Assembly: GCF_009914755.1 (NCBI RefSeq)
Contig: NC_060932.1
Source: the human T2T-CHM13v2.0 reference genome, Homo sapiens
Strand: one strand, 5' to 3'
Length of the DNA: 64,000 nt
Part shown: in pieces, positions 44,690 to 59,368 of the stretch
Position numbering within the stretch: position 1 is the stretch's first letter
How the letters are laid out: every line of letters begins with the position of its first letter
Translations under genes and position numbers: made by a program
The notes under the pieces: model-generated
The model's input: the letters and a program-made list of their open reading frames with translations, nothing else
Databases searched by the model: none
What the model was told of the DNA's origin: nothing

Positions 44690-44755
44690 TTGTTTGTTTG
44701 TTTTTTCTTTTTTTTTATTATTATACTTTAAGTTTTAGGGTACATGTGCACATTG
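44690..44755 (-). mobile_element. Extremely 5'-truncated young L1PA (L1HS/L1PA2-like) insertion
   Basis: T-rich tail + ttattatactttaagttttagggtacatgtgcacattg; perfect 16-bp TSD taaagcactgtttttt (44674-44689, 44756-44771); TTTT/AA endonuclease site. Confidence 0.92.
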
Positions 44756-44791
44756 TAAAGCACTGTTTTTTAAAGGGAGGTACATTCATTC

Positions 44792-44938
44792 TGCTATTAT
44801 TTTCTTTCCATATCTATAGATCATCTTGTGTTTTGCAGAATGAATATACCTCCCTTTAAAGCACTGTTTTTTAAAGGGAGGTACATTCATTCTGTAGAAC
44901 ACAAGATGATCTATAGATATGGAAAGAAAATAATAGCA
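44792..44938. repeat. Long inverted repeat, 69-bp arms, 9-nt spacer
   Basis: 44792-44860 is the reverse complement of 44870-44938 with 3 mismatches. Confidence 0.96.
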
Positions 44939-45127
44939 CTTCTATTCATATTTTTATCTAAAAAGTTTAGAAAACAATTAAGCTCCTATATTACAAGAGG
45001 CAACCCGAGGAAAGTATTCTACTGTGCTTTTTATAAGCATTTATAACCTTTTTTATGTTTATGTGTGCCTGGTTTTGTCAAGTGTTATGAAATAAAATAT
45101 CTCAAAATGAACAAGTGCTTTTAAATA

Positions 45128-45650
45128 ATCTCAGGTTAAGTCAGGAAAATAAAAATCACTCCACGTATTTCCAGCAGGAATGAACTTAATTCAGGGAATT
45201 GAGTGATTACAAAACCACAAAAAAGGTGGAAAGAGCAGAATCAAGGGGAACATCACCAGTTTTCAGATGCTGATGCAGAAAATTAGGAAGTTGTTATTGC
45301 CATGCAAAGATCAGGAAGTGCAGGAAACTGTGACCAAGTTTATAGTCACCACTGTTCTGTGAGCCTGAGAAGGTGACAATGGTAAGAGGATGGTATTTGG
45401 GCAGCCTTGTCATGATGCTCAGTTGCCAAAGCCCAAGGATACATCACTAAACTAGGGAAGATGGAATGGCTTGAAACACCTTTCCACCTTCCACGGCTTC
45501 TGAAGCACATTTTTGGCAGGTCCTAAACTGTATCCAGAACCCTCTGGCAAGAGAGTCTGGCAAAGTCTTCCAGACCCTGAAGAACAAGGAAAAACCCAGT
45601 AGGGAATGGAATGGTTGCTGAGTGCCAACATAACCTTTCCAGCCCAGAGG
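45128..45650 (-). mobile_element. Ancient LTR relic (LTR78/LTR33-like)
   Basis: gtcaggaaaataaaaatcactccacgtatttccagcagg...ttaattcagggaattg; ccagaaccctctggcaagagagtctgg; family uncertain. Confidence 0.5.
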
Positions 45651-45944
45651 AAAATATAAATAATATTAGCACCAGAAACAATGAGAAAATGGCAGAGTTG
45701 ACACTTAGTGTAAGTTTGCAGACATATTATAAGATTATTTTCACGAAAGAACATATATATTCTAATTTGATGATATATATAAATATAGATATTTTAATTG
45801 AATATAAGTTTATATGTATAAAAACATACATATATACATACATATATGTGTGTTTATATATTTATATTCCAATTGTGTGAAAAATTGTCCCCAAAAGTCT
45901 AAAATTTTCTAAAGTTATATTTTAAATATGGATTTGTATCCACT

Positions 45945-46250
45945 ATTATTTATTTATTTATTTTTAGAGCTGGGATCTCACTCTGTTGCCCCTACTGGAG
46001 TACCATGGAACAATCATATCTCACTGCAGCATTGAACTCCTGGGCTCAAGGGATCCTTCTGCCTCCGGCTCCCAAGTAGCTCAGACTACAGGCTCACACC
46101 ACACCCAGCTAATTTTTTTTTTTTCTATTTTTTTAGAGCCAAGTCTTTCTAAGTTTCCCAGGCTGGTCTTGAACTCTGGGCCTCAAGCAATTCTGTTACC
46201 TCAGCCTCCCAAGTTGCTGAGATTACAGGCACGAGCCACCATGTCAAGCT
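45945..46250 (-). mobile_element. AluJ
   Basis: tcactgcagcattgaactcctgggctcaagggatcc (J-type), (TTTA)n tail. Confidence 0.92.
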
Positions 46251-46852
46251 CCAATACTCCCTATTATTAATATGACTTTCACCCTAAGTCGTATATTGAG
46301 ATTTTTAGCTAACGATAATGGGAATCCAGTATGCTATGGAAGACACTGAAAACTTTGCATTCAGAACATGATAGCAATGACTACGTTATTTCATGTGATA
46401 TTTAAGTAATGCAAGCCTTGATTTAGTACTTTATAGAATTTCATTAAACTTGATAAATATTTAAAAGCCTCTGTTGAAGTTTTTAAATAAATAATAAAAG
46501 AGGCCAAAAAAAGGTACATACCATTGAGGAAACAATGTTCTTTCCACCATGGTAAGTTTTGCAATAATAAATAGAAAGTGTGGCAATAAATTAAACATTT
46601 TCTTCAGCCAGTAAATAATGTTGGATGATACATAAAGTACATTGCTGATCATTTGTGAAAAATAAATATTATAAAATATTATGCAGCCTGAGAGGCTATA
46701 CAGCTCAATAACAGTATAGATGTTTCCAGCATGTATCATGTTATTTTCTAAAATCTGTGCCAACAATGAAATGGATATAGAAGTAATTATTATAAGTTAC
46801 TAAAGAGTTTCTAAAGAAGATGTAGTCTGAACATTAAAAATTTCATTAATGA

Positions 46853-47132
46853 GGCTGGGCCCGGTGGCTCATGCCTGTAATCCCAGCACTTTGGGAGGCC
46901 AAGGCTGGCGGATCACCTGGGTCAGGAGTTCGAGACCAGCCTGGCCAACATGGTGAAACCCCGTCTCTACTAAAAGTACAAAAATCAGCCGGCTGTGGTG
47001 GTGGGCACCTGTAATCCCAGCTACTCAGGAGTCTGAGGCAGGAGAATAGCTTGAACCCAGGAGGCAGAGGTTGCAGTGAGCTGAGATCGGCCACTGCACT
47101 CCAGTCTGGGCGACAAGAGCAAGGCTCTGTCT

Positions 47133-47172
<40 letters not shown>
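46853..47172 (+). mobile_element. AluS (Sx/Sq-like) with ~39-nt pure A tail
   Basis: Full dimer; 17-bp TSD aaaaatttcattaatga. Confidence 0.96.
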
Positions 47173-47177
<5 letters not shown>

Positions 47178-47529
47178 TTAATGAAATAAAGTTTAAAGGA
47201 GAAAAATGTGTAAGTTTAGCTGCCAATAGAGGAACTTCTCTGATGAGAATAAAAATAACATGATTTAAAAGTTCCTCGAATAAGTGTACAGAGATAGTAC
47301 CATAAGTGAAATTATCCACAGTATTACTCACAAAGGAGTTATTGTAGCAAAGTGACATAACAGAATGTGAGAGATTTAATACACCCAGTTAATAAAATCC
47401 AGAGCTTTAAAATACAAGAAAATATTTAAAATAGTTTATTATGAGATTGGGAGAGGCCGCTATCATTTTTTGAAACAAGTGTAGATTTTGCTGCAGTTTT
47501 ATCATGGCAGAGTGTTTTTAAAACGTTAA

Positions 47530-47854
<325 letters not shown>

Positions 47855-48594
47855 CATTTTTTTTTCTTTTACCAGCATTCCAATTCTGTTGACATTGGTG
47901 GTGGTGTACAGATGTGAAGTAGAAAATAAAAATATAAATTTTATGTAAACACATCTCACTGGACTCCTCAAAATAAGGAAAATGTTTTAACAATGAATGA
48001 GAAAATAACTGCTTTTCAAAAGAAATAAATGTTACGGAAGAACACTTTGGAATCAGTGTTTGAAAAATGTTCATCAATTATGTTACTTTTTGCCCAAAAC
48101 AAAATATGAGAACTATAAATATCCTTATCAGTATACTTTTAAGAAACTTGAAAAATTTTCAGAGCTTATTTTTAAAAAATAAAAATAAAGTACTTTACAG
48201 AAGTTTGATATCAAGAATTGTTATCCAGAAAAATGAAAAATATGTAAGGAATTCTTAAGAAAAACCTAATGATATTGAAAAATAAATACTTTGGTTTGAT
48301 AAGATTAATTATATTCTTTCACTTTTATCTATTTTAAAAGTATTTTTAAATCCTTAATGATCATTAAATTAAGTATCAAAATAATCTAAACTTAGACCTT
48401 CAAATTTCTGCCTTACAAAATCTTGAGAGCTTAAAAATTATTGATTGCATTTAAAGACACTACTTTATAATGCTTTAGTTAGAACAAAAAATTGTTGAAT
48501 TAAAATATAAAATATTGTTTATTTCTTATCTCATTTTAAAATTTCTATTGCTGTGTATTTTTTGCGATGTAAAATTACATAATAAATTAAGTCA

Positions 48595-49135
48595 GTGTAT
48601 TCATTATCTCCTGCTACATAAAAAATTACTCTAAAACTTACTGGCTTAAAGCAGCAATTATTTATTTTTCACAGTTTCTGTGGATGAGGAAGGCAAGCAC
48701 AGCTTTGTTGGGTGGCTCTGGCTCAGGGTCTTTCATGAGGTGAAACTCAACTGTTAGCAAAGGCTGCAGTCCTTCTTGAGAATCAACATGAGCTGAAAGG
48801 TCTGCTTCTAAACTCTCTCACGTGGGTTTTTGTAGGTTTCAGATGCTCACCGTCTGCTAGGCTGAGGTCTCAACACCTTGCTATGCTACATGGGCTTTAT
48901 ATGGACTGCTCACATTGTGGCAGCTGGCTTCCCTCAGAGTGAGAAAATGGGAAAGGATGCCCATAATGGAAGCCACTGTCTTTTCATACCCTAATCTCAA
49001 AGTGACATCCCACAACTTTGCTACATTTATTAAAACTGCATCATTAGGTCCAACCCATGTTCTGGGAAGAGGAACAGACAATGGCATGAACACCAGAAGG
49101 TGGATAGTATTGAGGGTCACCTTAGAGGTTGCCTA
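48595..49135 (-). mobile_element. MLT1F-like solo LTR
   Basis: tgtattcattatc...aaaacttactggcttaaagcagcaa...tggctcagggtctttcatgagg...ggcatgaacaccagaagg...gcctacc. Confidence 0.82.
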
Positions 49136-49164
49136 CCTCTTGCATAAATGCACATGTACAGTTT

Positions 49165-49352
49165 GTAGGGAGATAAATATTTGAATACTGAGTTGCTGAG
49201 TTTTCTGTTTGGGATAATGAAAAAAGTTCTGGCAATAAAAAGTGATGATTTTACAAGACCTTGCGAATATACTAAATGCCATTGAATTCTACACCTAAAA
49301 TGGTTAAATGGTAAATTTTATGTTATGCATATTTACCATAATAAAAAGTTTA
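49165..49352 (+). mobile_element. L1MB-type 3' end
   Basis: gagttttctgtttgggataatgaaaaaagttctgg...aatgccattgaattctacacctaaaatggttaaa...ttttatgttatg. Confidence 0.85.
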
Positions 49353-49769
49353 AGCAATTGGTTACAAAATTGGCTTTCAATTAAAAAAAATTTATAAACC
49401 GTGGGCCACAAGAAAAGATTAGGTTCTTTAAAAAATCACAAAATGTTAAGTGATTGAGGTAATAACCATTTTGGATGTAGGTGAAATCTACAATTATTTT
49501 TAACTCATAAAGATGAGAATAAAGAGGGGTGATGATCAGATAAAAGCTGGGATGAATCTTTCAATTATTTAGCTTTTTCTAAGATGTCTTATAAATCCTG
49601 CATTCAAGAGGTAAGTGAATTTTATATGTTATTCCAGAGCAGGCATTTAAACTGAATTCAATGTCATTTATCAACCACCCACTCCCGCTCCAATACAAAC
49701 ATTTCCGATTCTTACATTTTTCTTTCAAACAGCAGAACCACCATGAAAGACTTTATCCAAAATGGAAGT

Positions 49770-50460
49770 CCCACCATCATCAGTGACTTCTCATTCTCAG
49801 CAACCCGTTGGCCACTTGGGGTTGCCAGTCTTGCCTTCTAAATATCTTTCAAATTCTATGCCTTCATTTTTCACCCCAAACATGAATGCCCTAGTACAGG
49901 CTCTTATCTTTCCATACCTGGCTTAGTAAAAACCACTGTGACTGGATTTTCCACATCTCCATTCTACTCTCCCTCTAGCAGTCATTCTTCACACTGTTAC
50001 AGAGTAATTTTTTTCTGTTCTTATATGTGATCTGGTTGCTTTATTTTAAAAAAGTGGTATCTTTGTAGATAAATACTAAAATACTTTGAATAACATACAA
50101 AATCCTTCAAAGTTTAAGCTTGCTCTCTTTTTCAGCCTCATTATATTCTAATTCAACCATGCCTTACCTTCTAGCGAATCGTACTACATCTCTCCTTTTT
50201 TTCCGGCTTGTTGCTCCTTCTCTCTCTCTCTGTTTTCTTTTCCTTTTTATGGGGGATGGGGGTGGTGGGGAATGGGATGCATCTGATTATATGGTGAGAA
50301 TATGCATATGTCTGTCTTTTCTACTTGTCCAGGACTTCTTAGAAGCCTTATTTATCTTTGATCCTCAGGGATTAGACACAGTCCTAATTCTTGATATTTA
50401 GCTACAGTCATGATTGTTGTTTAATTTGAAAATGAGTGAATGAATAAATTATGTAATAAA
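49770..50460 (+). mobile_element. L2 3' portion
   Basis: ccctagtacaggctcttatc...ttcttcacactgttacagagtaattt...tgagtgaatgaataaa. Confidence 0.65.
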
Positions 50461-50604
50461 AGAGATATGAACTTCAAACAGGATATTATATTAAATGACT
50501 TCTGTGGTCACTTCCATGCTTTCTATCCTATTACTGTTTTAATTATCTTTTAGTGGTCATGTGTGGGAAATAAAGAGCTGGATCATTGTTGTTTGGGAAA
50601 GCAT

Positions 50605-53112
<2,508 letters not shown>

Positions 53113-53694
53113 CATATTAGCATATTATAACAGGATTTAAGAAAACTTACTCTTCTGTTATCATTGCAACTATTAGTACTCTTTAAATGAGTTTCTCTCC
53201 TTTTGCTTGTAAAATATTTTAATATTTATTTTCTATTGAACTTCATGATGATTTTATTAGATGATATATCAAAGAGTCTGTGCTCGTCCTGGAGCAGCTT
53301 TTGCTTCCTCTGACCTTGGATAAGTCACTTTGAAGAATAAAAATGATTATGCAAGTTCAAAGTATTATTTTTATGTAATTCTGAAGCTTCTCCAGATCGG
53401 CCCCCATATTTTGTTGAGCCTTACCTATTAACTAGCATTTATAGAGAGACACGTCTATGATATTCGCCTTGTTGTTGGGGTGTTTGGTGTACAATTCAGG
53501 ACAAAATATTTTATAGACTCTATTATTAAAACCTTACTATAATAATGTTTTACGTTCTAAATAACATAGATTTATTCATTATTGCTCCTGACATTTCATT
53601 TTGTTTATAGGAACTTAAATTTTAGAAATTTTAAAAAAGATGTTATTAGCCTTGCAACTTTTTGTTTCTCATGCCAGGTATTTATTGATATGAG

Positions 53695-53755
53695 CCTGTG
53701 GGTTTAATGAGTAATGTACTATTAAACCTGTGGATTTAATGAGTAATGTACTATT
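53695..53755. repeat. Two-copy tandem duplication, 32-bp period
   Basis: cctgtgg(g/a)tttaatgagtaatgtactatt at 53695-53723 and 53727-53755. Confidence 0.93.
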
Positions 53756-56628
53756 TCATTTCAGAGTATTTATGCAGGTGTTGCTTTTCTGAATGAATAT
53801 ATTCAAGCAAATGCTCAGGATCATTGTAGATCCTACTATGTAGACATGAAATCTTTCTAGCCATAATGCTGCTATATTTGAAGGCATTTAAATGACATTT
53901 AGTCCATGAACTGCTTTGAAAGCTAGCTGCCAATAAATGACTCTTTAAAAGTTTTAAAATTATAATACCTGGAATAATCTATAATCCAAAAAGAGTTATG
54001 ATAAGTAATTTAGTCCAAACAAAACAATGAGGATATCCTATCTCTTCTCTTTAATGTTTAATTTCTTAATAAATATTATTAAGTACTTATTTTGTTAAAC
54101 ACAAAATACTGCAAAAACTGATAATCACAAGTCTTGGTTTATATTTAGGTGGTGAATTTCTTCCCTCCACCATAAAGCAAATGAACAAGGCCAGATTTAT
54201 GGAATTAGAAATTGAATTTCCTAGTTTATTCAGAGCCCAACCAATAGCTCTGCATGACCCCTAATGCTATCTAGTTAAAGTGTCATGGCCTGGAAATGAA
54301 AGAGCATGATCTTGAAAAAACAGTTTCCCAGTGTAGATTTCTTTTTCTTTTTAGTTTCTAGCGTTTCATCCTAAGATCCAGAGAGTTGGCAGTGAAGAGA
54401 AGGAATCGATGACAAAGCATTGATGAACAGTCAAAAAGTGACCATTACTCTACTAAGAGATGGCCTATAATTTGCTTTCATTTCTGCTTTGCAATCAAAG
54501 TGGATTCAGTAGCCTTAGAAAGGTCCAAGAGCCGTAGGTAATGGCCACTGAAAGTATTCCAAGGGGATGGTCTCCCCTTTGCATTAACCCACAACCTCCC
54601 TTAGAGAGGAGGTTATGCAGGGCATAGAGATCCAAGCGATCTAGATGGAGCACCTGCAGTATCTGCTGAAGTTACAGAACCTAAAACCTTCGTCTTCCAC
54701 ACAACCATCTTCCCATTTTCCTTAGGAATCACATAGAAAAACTCTCAAATGGCCAGGAAAGTTCAATGAAATCTGAAAACCACAGCTCACGTTTTTAGTT
54801 AAGTATTATAATAAACTAATATACTTTCTAGGGAGAAAAAGTGTTCTTACATGGAGAGTTTTAAAAATTTAGGCAAATATGATAATCATGATAAAAATTG
54901 TTATTTGCCCAAACTATCATCTGCTAAACATTTTTTTCTAAAAGCAGGAGCTCTCCGCACTGGAGAGTATGTTTACAGATCAGTTTGTAATATCATAAAG
55001 GCATCAGAAACTCAGAAATACACAGAGTATCTCTGAACCTATTAGATTAGCCTGAGCTCCTTCCACATGCGATTGGAGATGATCTAATTGGCTTGTGCAG
55101 TAAGTAAGTTAGCCTGAGTGTTTGAATATAATACATGTATGTTTACAGTACCAAAACACATTAGAAATAGTTTCATTTACTCTCTCTCTCTCTCTCTTTT
55201 GGTATTAGTCCTACTAAACGAAGCTTTTCACAGTGTTTCCCATGACAAGAGGGAACGTTCGGGGGAGATTTGTTGCAGTCTTCTAAGGATTTTCCTCCAT
55301 CAGCTATCTTCAAATGCCATTTTAAGAGAAGAGGAACACTTTCTCAGTCTATATTTACCTAAACTGTGTTCTGTGTTTGGTTTCCCACATGAGAGAAATG
55401 GAGTCCACTCTTAACAGTGTATTCAATTGTGTTGAAAACTGTATCATATTCCATCTACCCAGTCTTGGTTTCTGTCTGAAATATAAGCAGTTGAGACAGT
55501 AATAAGAAAAAGATTCAGAGTGTCTGAAAAAACATTTTATTTTCATTACTCATTTCAAGGTACTGTTTCTAGCTATTAAATTGTGTAATTCTCTGAACAC
55601 ATTGAATATATATTGCTAGAAGCAGAAAGAATGTAATTACTTGAATGTTACATTTATTAATGAGATGCTTTACTGAGATTTTATATTCTGAGGATTCTTT
55701 ACAGACGTCAGTAGCAAGATTGCTAAATAAACAATTTGGACCACAAAAGAACTATTTCTAATTGCTTAGTAATTTCTTTTGTAGTATTCGTGGAGTTAAC
55801 AAATCTAGGCAAATGTGAGAAATTAAATTGATAATAAAGACAACATCTCATTGCAATAAAGATTGAAGAGCAATCAAGGTACATATATATATTAAACATT
55901 GCATCAATTACTCTTATATGTAAGACCTGCCTGAGTCAATTTTGTTTTTCATCTAAAATAGAATAGCTCTCACTGTATTTCACTTACCATTCAGTTTCTA
56001 TTCATTCAGTAACCACTTGCAGAGTACATACTTCAGGCTGAACACATAGTTAGTTACCCAGGTTCTCAACAAGAGCACAGCATTGGTAGCCAGGTAAATT
56101 GGACACCTTCATTAATACTTAAAATCTCTTTGCCTTTGAGCAGCCATTAACATGGTTTTGAAACTTGATAGCTAACCGTTTTTATTAAACACACACAGTT
56201 AGCTTTTAATAGTCAATTACGCAATAATTATACAAAACAATACACCAGAGGAAACACAAATGCTATATTCACAATGGAATTCATACCATTTCATTTTGAT
56301 TTATAAAAAGGAGATGTGCTTATAAAGATGCAAAATCCTTGTTCTTTGGACATTACCTCATGTTCTTCATTCTCAGCTCTGCTTAAAAGGAGAAAAACGT
56401 ATCAGTAACCACATTACTGTTCTCTTCTAGGAATTTGAATTCTGGAAGAGTGTTCCTTCTTAGTGCCCATAGATTTGTTGTTTAATTTAATTCTATTATT
56501 TTCTTAGGCCCAAGAGGTAAAATGACCTATGTAAGGCCATGTGGTTTATTTCAACTCAATTAATATGGGAACCCCCACTCTGTTGTTACACAGTGTGATG
56601 TCTATGTGACCCAGGTGAATTTTTACCC

Positions 56629-57144
56629 TGTCTTAACTCTGATTACCTTCAGGAAATGGAAAGCCTGAGGTCAAAAGTTTCCCCTCATGACCAAACTAGC
56701 TAAAACAGGTGGATCCAAGATGGCAGCTCAGTTGACATCTGAAGAACCTCTAACTTCATTATAATCTAATTTCTATGCTAAATGACACTCCCACCAGTGC
56801 CATGACAGTTGACAATCATGATGACAATGACTCAAAGAAATCATAAAAGGACAAAAAGAAGGCAGCACTCTGTTTTCAAGAGGTTCTTTGCCCAGTCCCA
56901 GAAATGACATATTTACCCCCTTGCTTTTAATGCACAAGCCTTTCATTAAAGATGCCCTAAATCTGTGACTTCCCAGCTCTCATGAGCTGAGAAGTTGATG
57001 TGTGAGCCAAACTCCCACTTCTCAAGTCCATGGCCATCAACTAAAGTCTGCACTGTTTGATGCTTACTTTCAATTTTGTGTATTGGCTTCACAGCACAAA
57101 ACAAGAAAAGCCCCACATTTTGTGGGTTCTGGCTTTGATACCCA
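56629..57144 (+). mobile_element. ERV LTR with MER41-related core, subfamily uncertain
   Basis: atccaagatggcagc; ttataatctaatttctatgctaaatgacactcccaccagtgccatgacagttgac. Confidence 0.65.
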
Positions 57145-57146
57145 CC

Positions 57147-57537
57147 TGTTAAGACCTGAACTGTGTCCCCCCCGCCCCCACAATTTCATTTGTTGAATCC
57201 CTAACCCCCAATGTGGTTGTATGTGGAGATGGAGCCTTTAAGGAGGTAGTTAAGGTTATAATAGTACAGCTGTAATCCAGCAGAACTGGTGTCCTCATAA
57301 GAAGGGGAAGAGCCACCAGATCTTGAGCTCTCCCTCCACATGCACACACAGAGGAAAGGCCATGTGAAGAAGCAGAGAGAAGGTGGCTGTCAACAAGCCA
57401 AAAAGAGAGGTCTCAAGCAAACCATGTTGGCACTTTGATCTTGATGTTCTAGTCTTCAGAACTGTGAGAAAATAAAGGGCTGTTGTTTAAGCCACCCAGT
57501 CTGTGGTATTTTATGGCAGCCCAAGCAGACTAATACA
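57147..57537 (+). mobile_element. MLT1A0-like solo LTR
   Basis: tgttgaatccctaacccccaatgtgg...ctggtgtcctcataagaagg...gcagcccaagcagactaataca. Confidence 0.9.
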
Positions 57538-57641
57538 TTACCCAGGACCCTTGGCTCCCAAGAAGCCCTATGGGAGAAAATCATGACAACCCAGAGTGAT
57601 TGGATCATCAGCAGAAGCAGGGCCAACAAGAATCCAGCCAG

Positions 57642-58105
57642 TGTTACCTGGTTGAGTGAATCATTTCAGGTTTTCTGAGACACTGACTGCAAGACAGAAT
57701 TAGATGTGCATGAGATACATTGATGGGAAAACCTATGAAGGATAATGGAAAGAGGGAGCAGGAGTAGGTGGGTAGAGTTCTTGAGGACTGACAATGTGTG
57801 AAAAGAGAAAAAAGGATTAAATAGTTAAGTGAGAAGAGTTCCAAACTGCAAGGGTCACTCCAAGACTTTCTTGGAGCTGATCAGAAGGTCCAGAGCAGAT
57901 TGCCAGTCCAAAGAGTTCTGCATCAGGACAGAGTGGCCCAGCACTAGAGCCCCTACTGTGCTCATTCATTGGTGGGGAGCAGCCCAGAACAAATATGGTC
58001 TTGGCATGAACACTGACATGGACCTGAAAATGCAGCAGCTGGAGTTTTCTACCACCTGGCCTCCTCCAAGCAGGTTCCCTTGAGAAGTGGTCAAATAGGC
58101 CACCA
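57642..58105 (-). mobile_element. Old MLT1 (H/J-like) LTR
   Basis: cagactgcaagacagaattagatgtgcatgag-type start; ctgtgctcattcattggtggggagcagccc. Confidence 0.55.
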
Positions 58106-58923
58106 CTAGGGTCAGCCTGTCAGTGGATCAAGGCAAAAACAGGCCTTTCACTTGAATAACCTGGTTCCTTTCCAGTTTCATACATTACTAAGCTTTAAGG
58201 CCAAGGAATGGGATAAAAGTTAGGTGTGCTACACAGAGAGTTGCAGGCTTTGGTCTAGGTGGACAAGCTACCTAGCACATGTGTTTGGTGCAGGATGTTT
58301 CTAGAGATATGAAATAAACAATAATTTTTGCTTTTCCACTGCTTCTTGTGATTAGCTGAAAACCCAAGTAACGTGATTCATTCTGTCATGGTTGACAATT
58401 TGAAGTAAACTTATTTGCAAATAAAATGATAACACATTTCTTGGGGTGTGAAGCCATCTGTTCTCATCACAAAACTTGCCCTCACCAAGTTCTTAGACTT
58501 TCATTTGAGGTTTTAAGGACCTTTAAGGTGAGCCCATGCTCCCCTGATTCCAACAATCTGATCGGACTCCTCTCAGTCTATGAAATGAAATATATCAGGA
58601 AGCATAATAAGAAAAATTTTCTGTGATAGGCATGAAATCAGCCCTAAACTCTTCAGAAAGTGGGTTGGTAACGTCAGCTTAGCACCAGTCTTCTCAGTGG
58701 AATGACATGTGTCACTGGCAAGTGGCAAGTGCTGGCCCTGGACATTGGCCCTGTTGTAAAGAAGACTCTCTGTAGGACAAAGCTCACTGCTCCCTTAGCT
58801 CAGTCAAAACAACTTCCACAGAGGACCTTCTTTTCTAATTTTGGACTCTTCTTTGTGGGAGAAGATAATGGGAAATAGAAAATATAACTGCCCTGGGCAT
58901 TATGTTATTTCTATATTTGGGAA

Positions 58924-59368
58924 CAGCTAGAGTATCCTTTATCCAAAATGCATGGGAACAAAAGTGTTTTGGATTTCAGATTTTTTTAGATTTTTGAATA
59001 TTTGCAATACATTATAAAATATCTTAAGGATAGGACCCAAGTCTAAACATGAAATTCATTTATGCTTCATATATACCTTATACATAAAGGTAATTTTGTA
59101 CAATATTTTTAATAATTTTGTGCCTGAAACAAAGTTTGTATACATTGAGCCATCAGAAATAAAGGTTTCAATCTCAGCCACTCATGTGGACAATCTGTGG
59201 TTTGTCCTACCTCTGAATTTATATGCTACCAATTAGCATTTTGGCTGTGACCCATCACATGATATCGGGTGTGAAATTTCCCACTTGTGGTGTCATGTCA
59301 GCACTCAAAATGTTTAGGATTTTAGAGCATTTTCAATCAGATTTTCAAACTAGGGATGCTTAACCCAT
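58924..59368. mobile_element. Tigger4b/MER46 (Zombi) DNA transposon
   Basis: gagtatcctttatccaaaatgcatgggaacaaaagtgttttggatttcagatttt...tagggatgcttaacc. Confidence 0.85.

Noticed and set aside
44674-44894. CRISPR-like array from the thrice-repeated 16-mer
   Set aside because: Eukaryotic context, irregular spacing, fully explained by an L1 TSD plus local triplication
46846-47358. Longest ORF (170 aa) and other Alu-overlapping ORFs
   Set aside because: Translations of Alu sequence and poly(A/T) tracts ([17 protein letters not shown] motifs), not genes
54562-54619. Two small adjacent hairpins (aagggga/tcccctt; aacctcc/ggaggtt)
   Set aside because: 7-bp stems are expected by chance in 64 kb; the same applies to catgtaaa/tttacatg at 41944-41960
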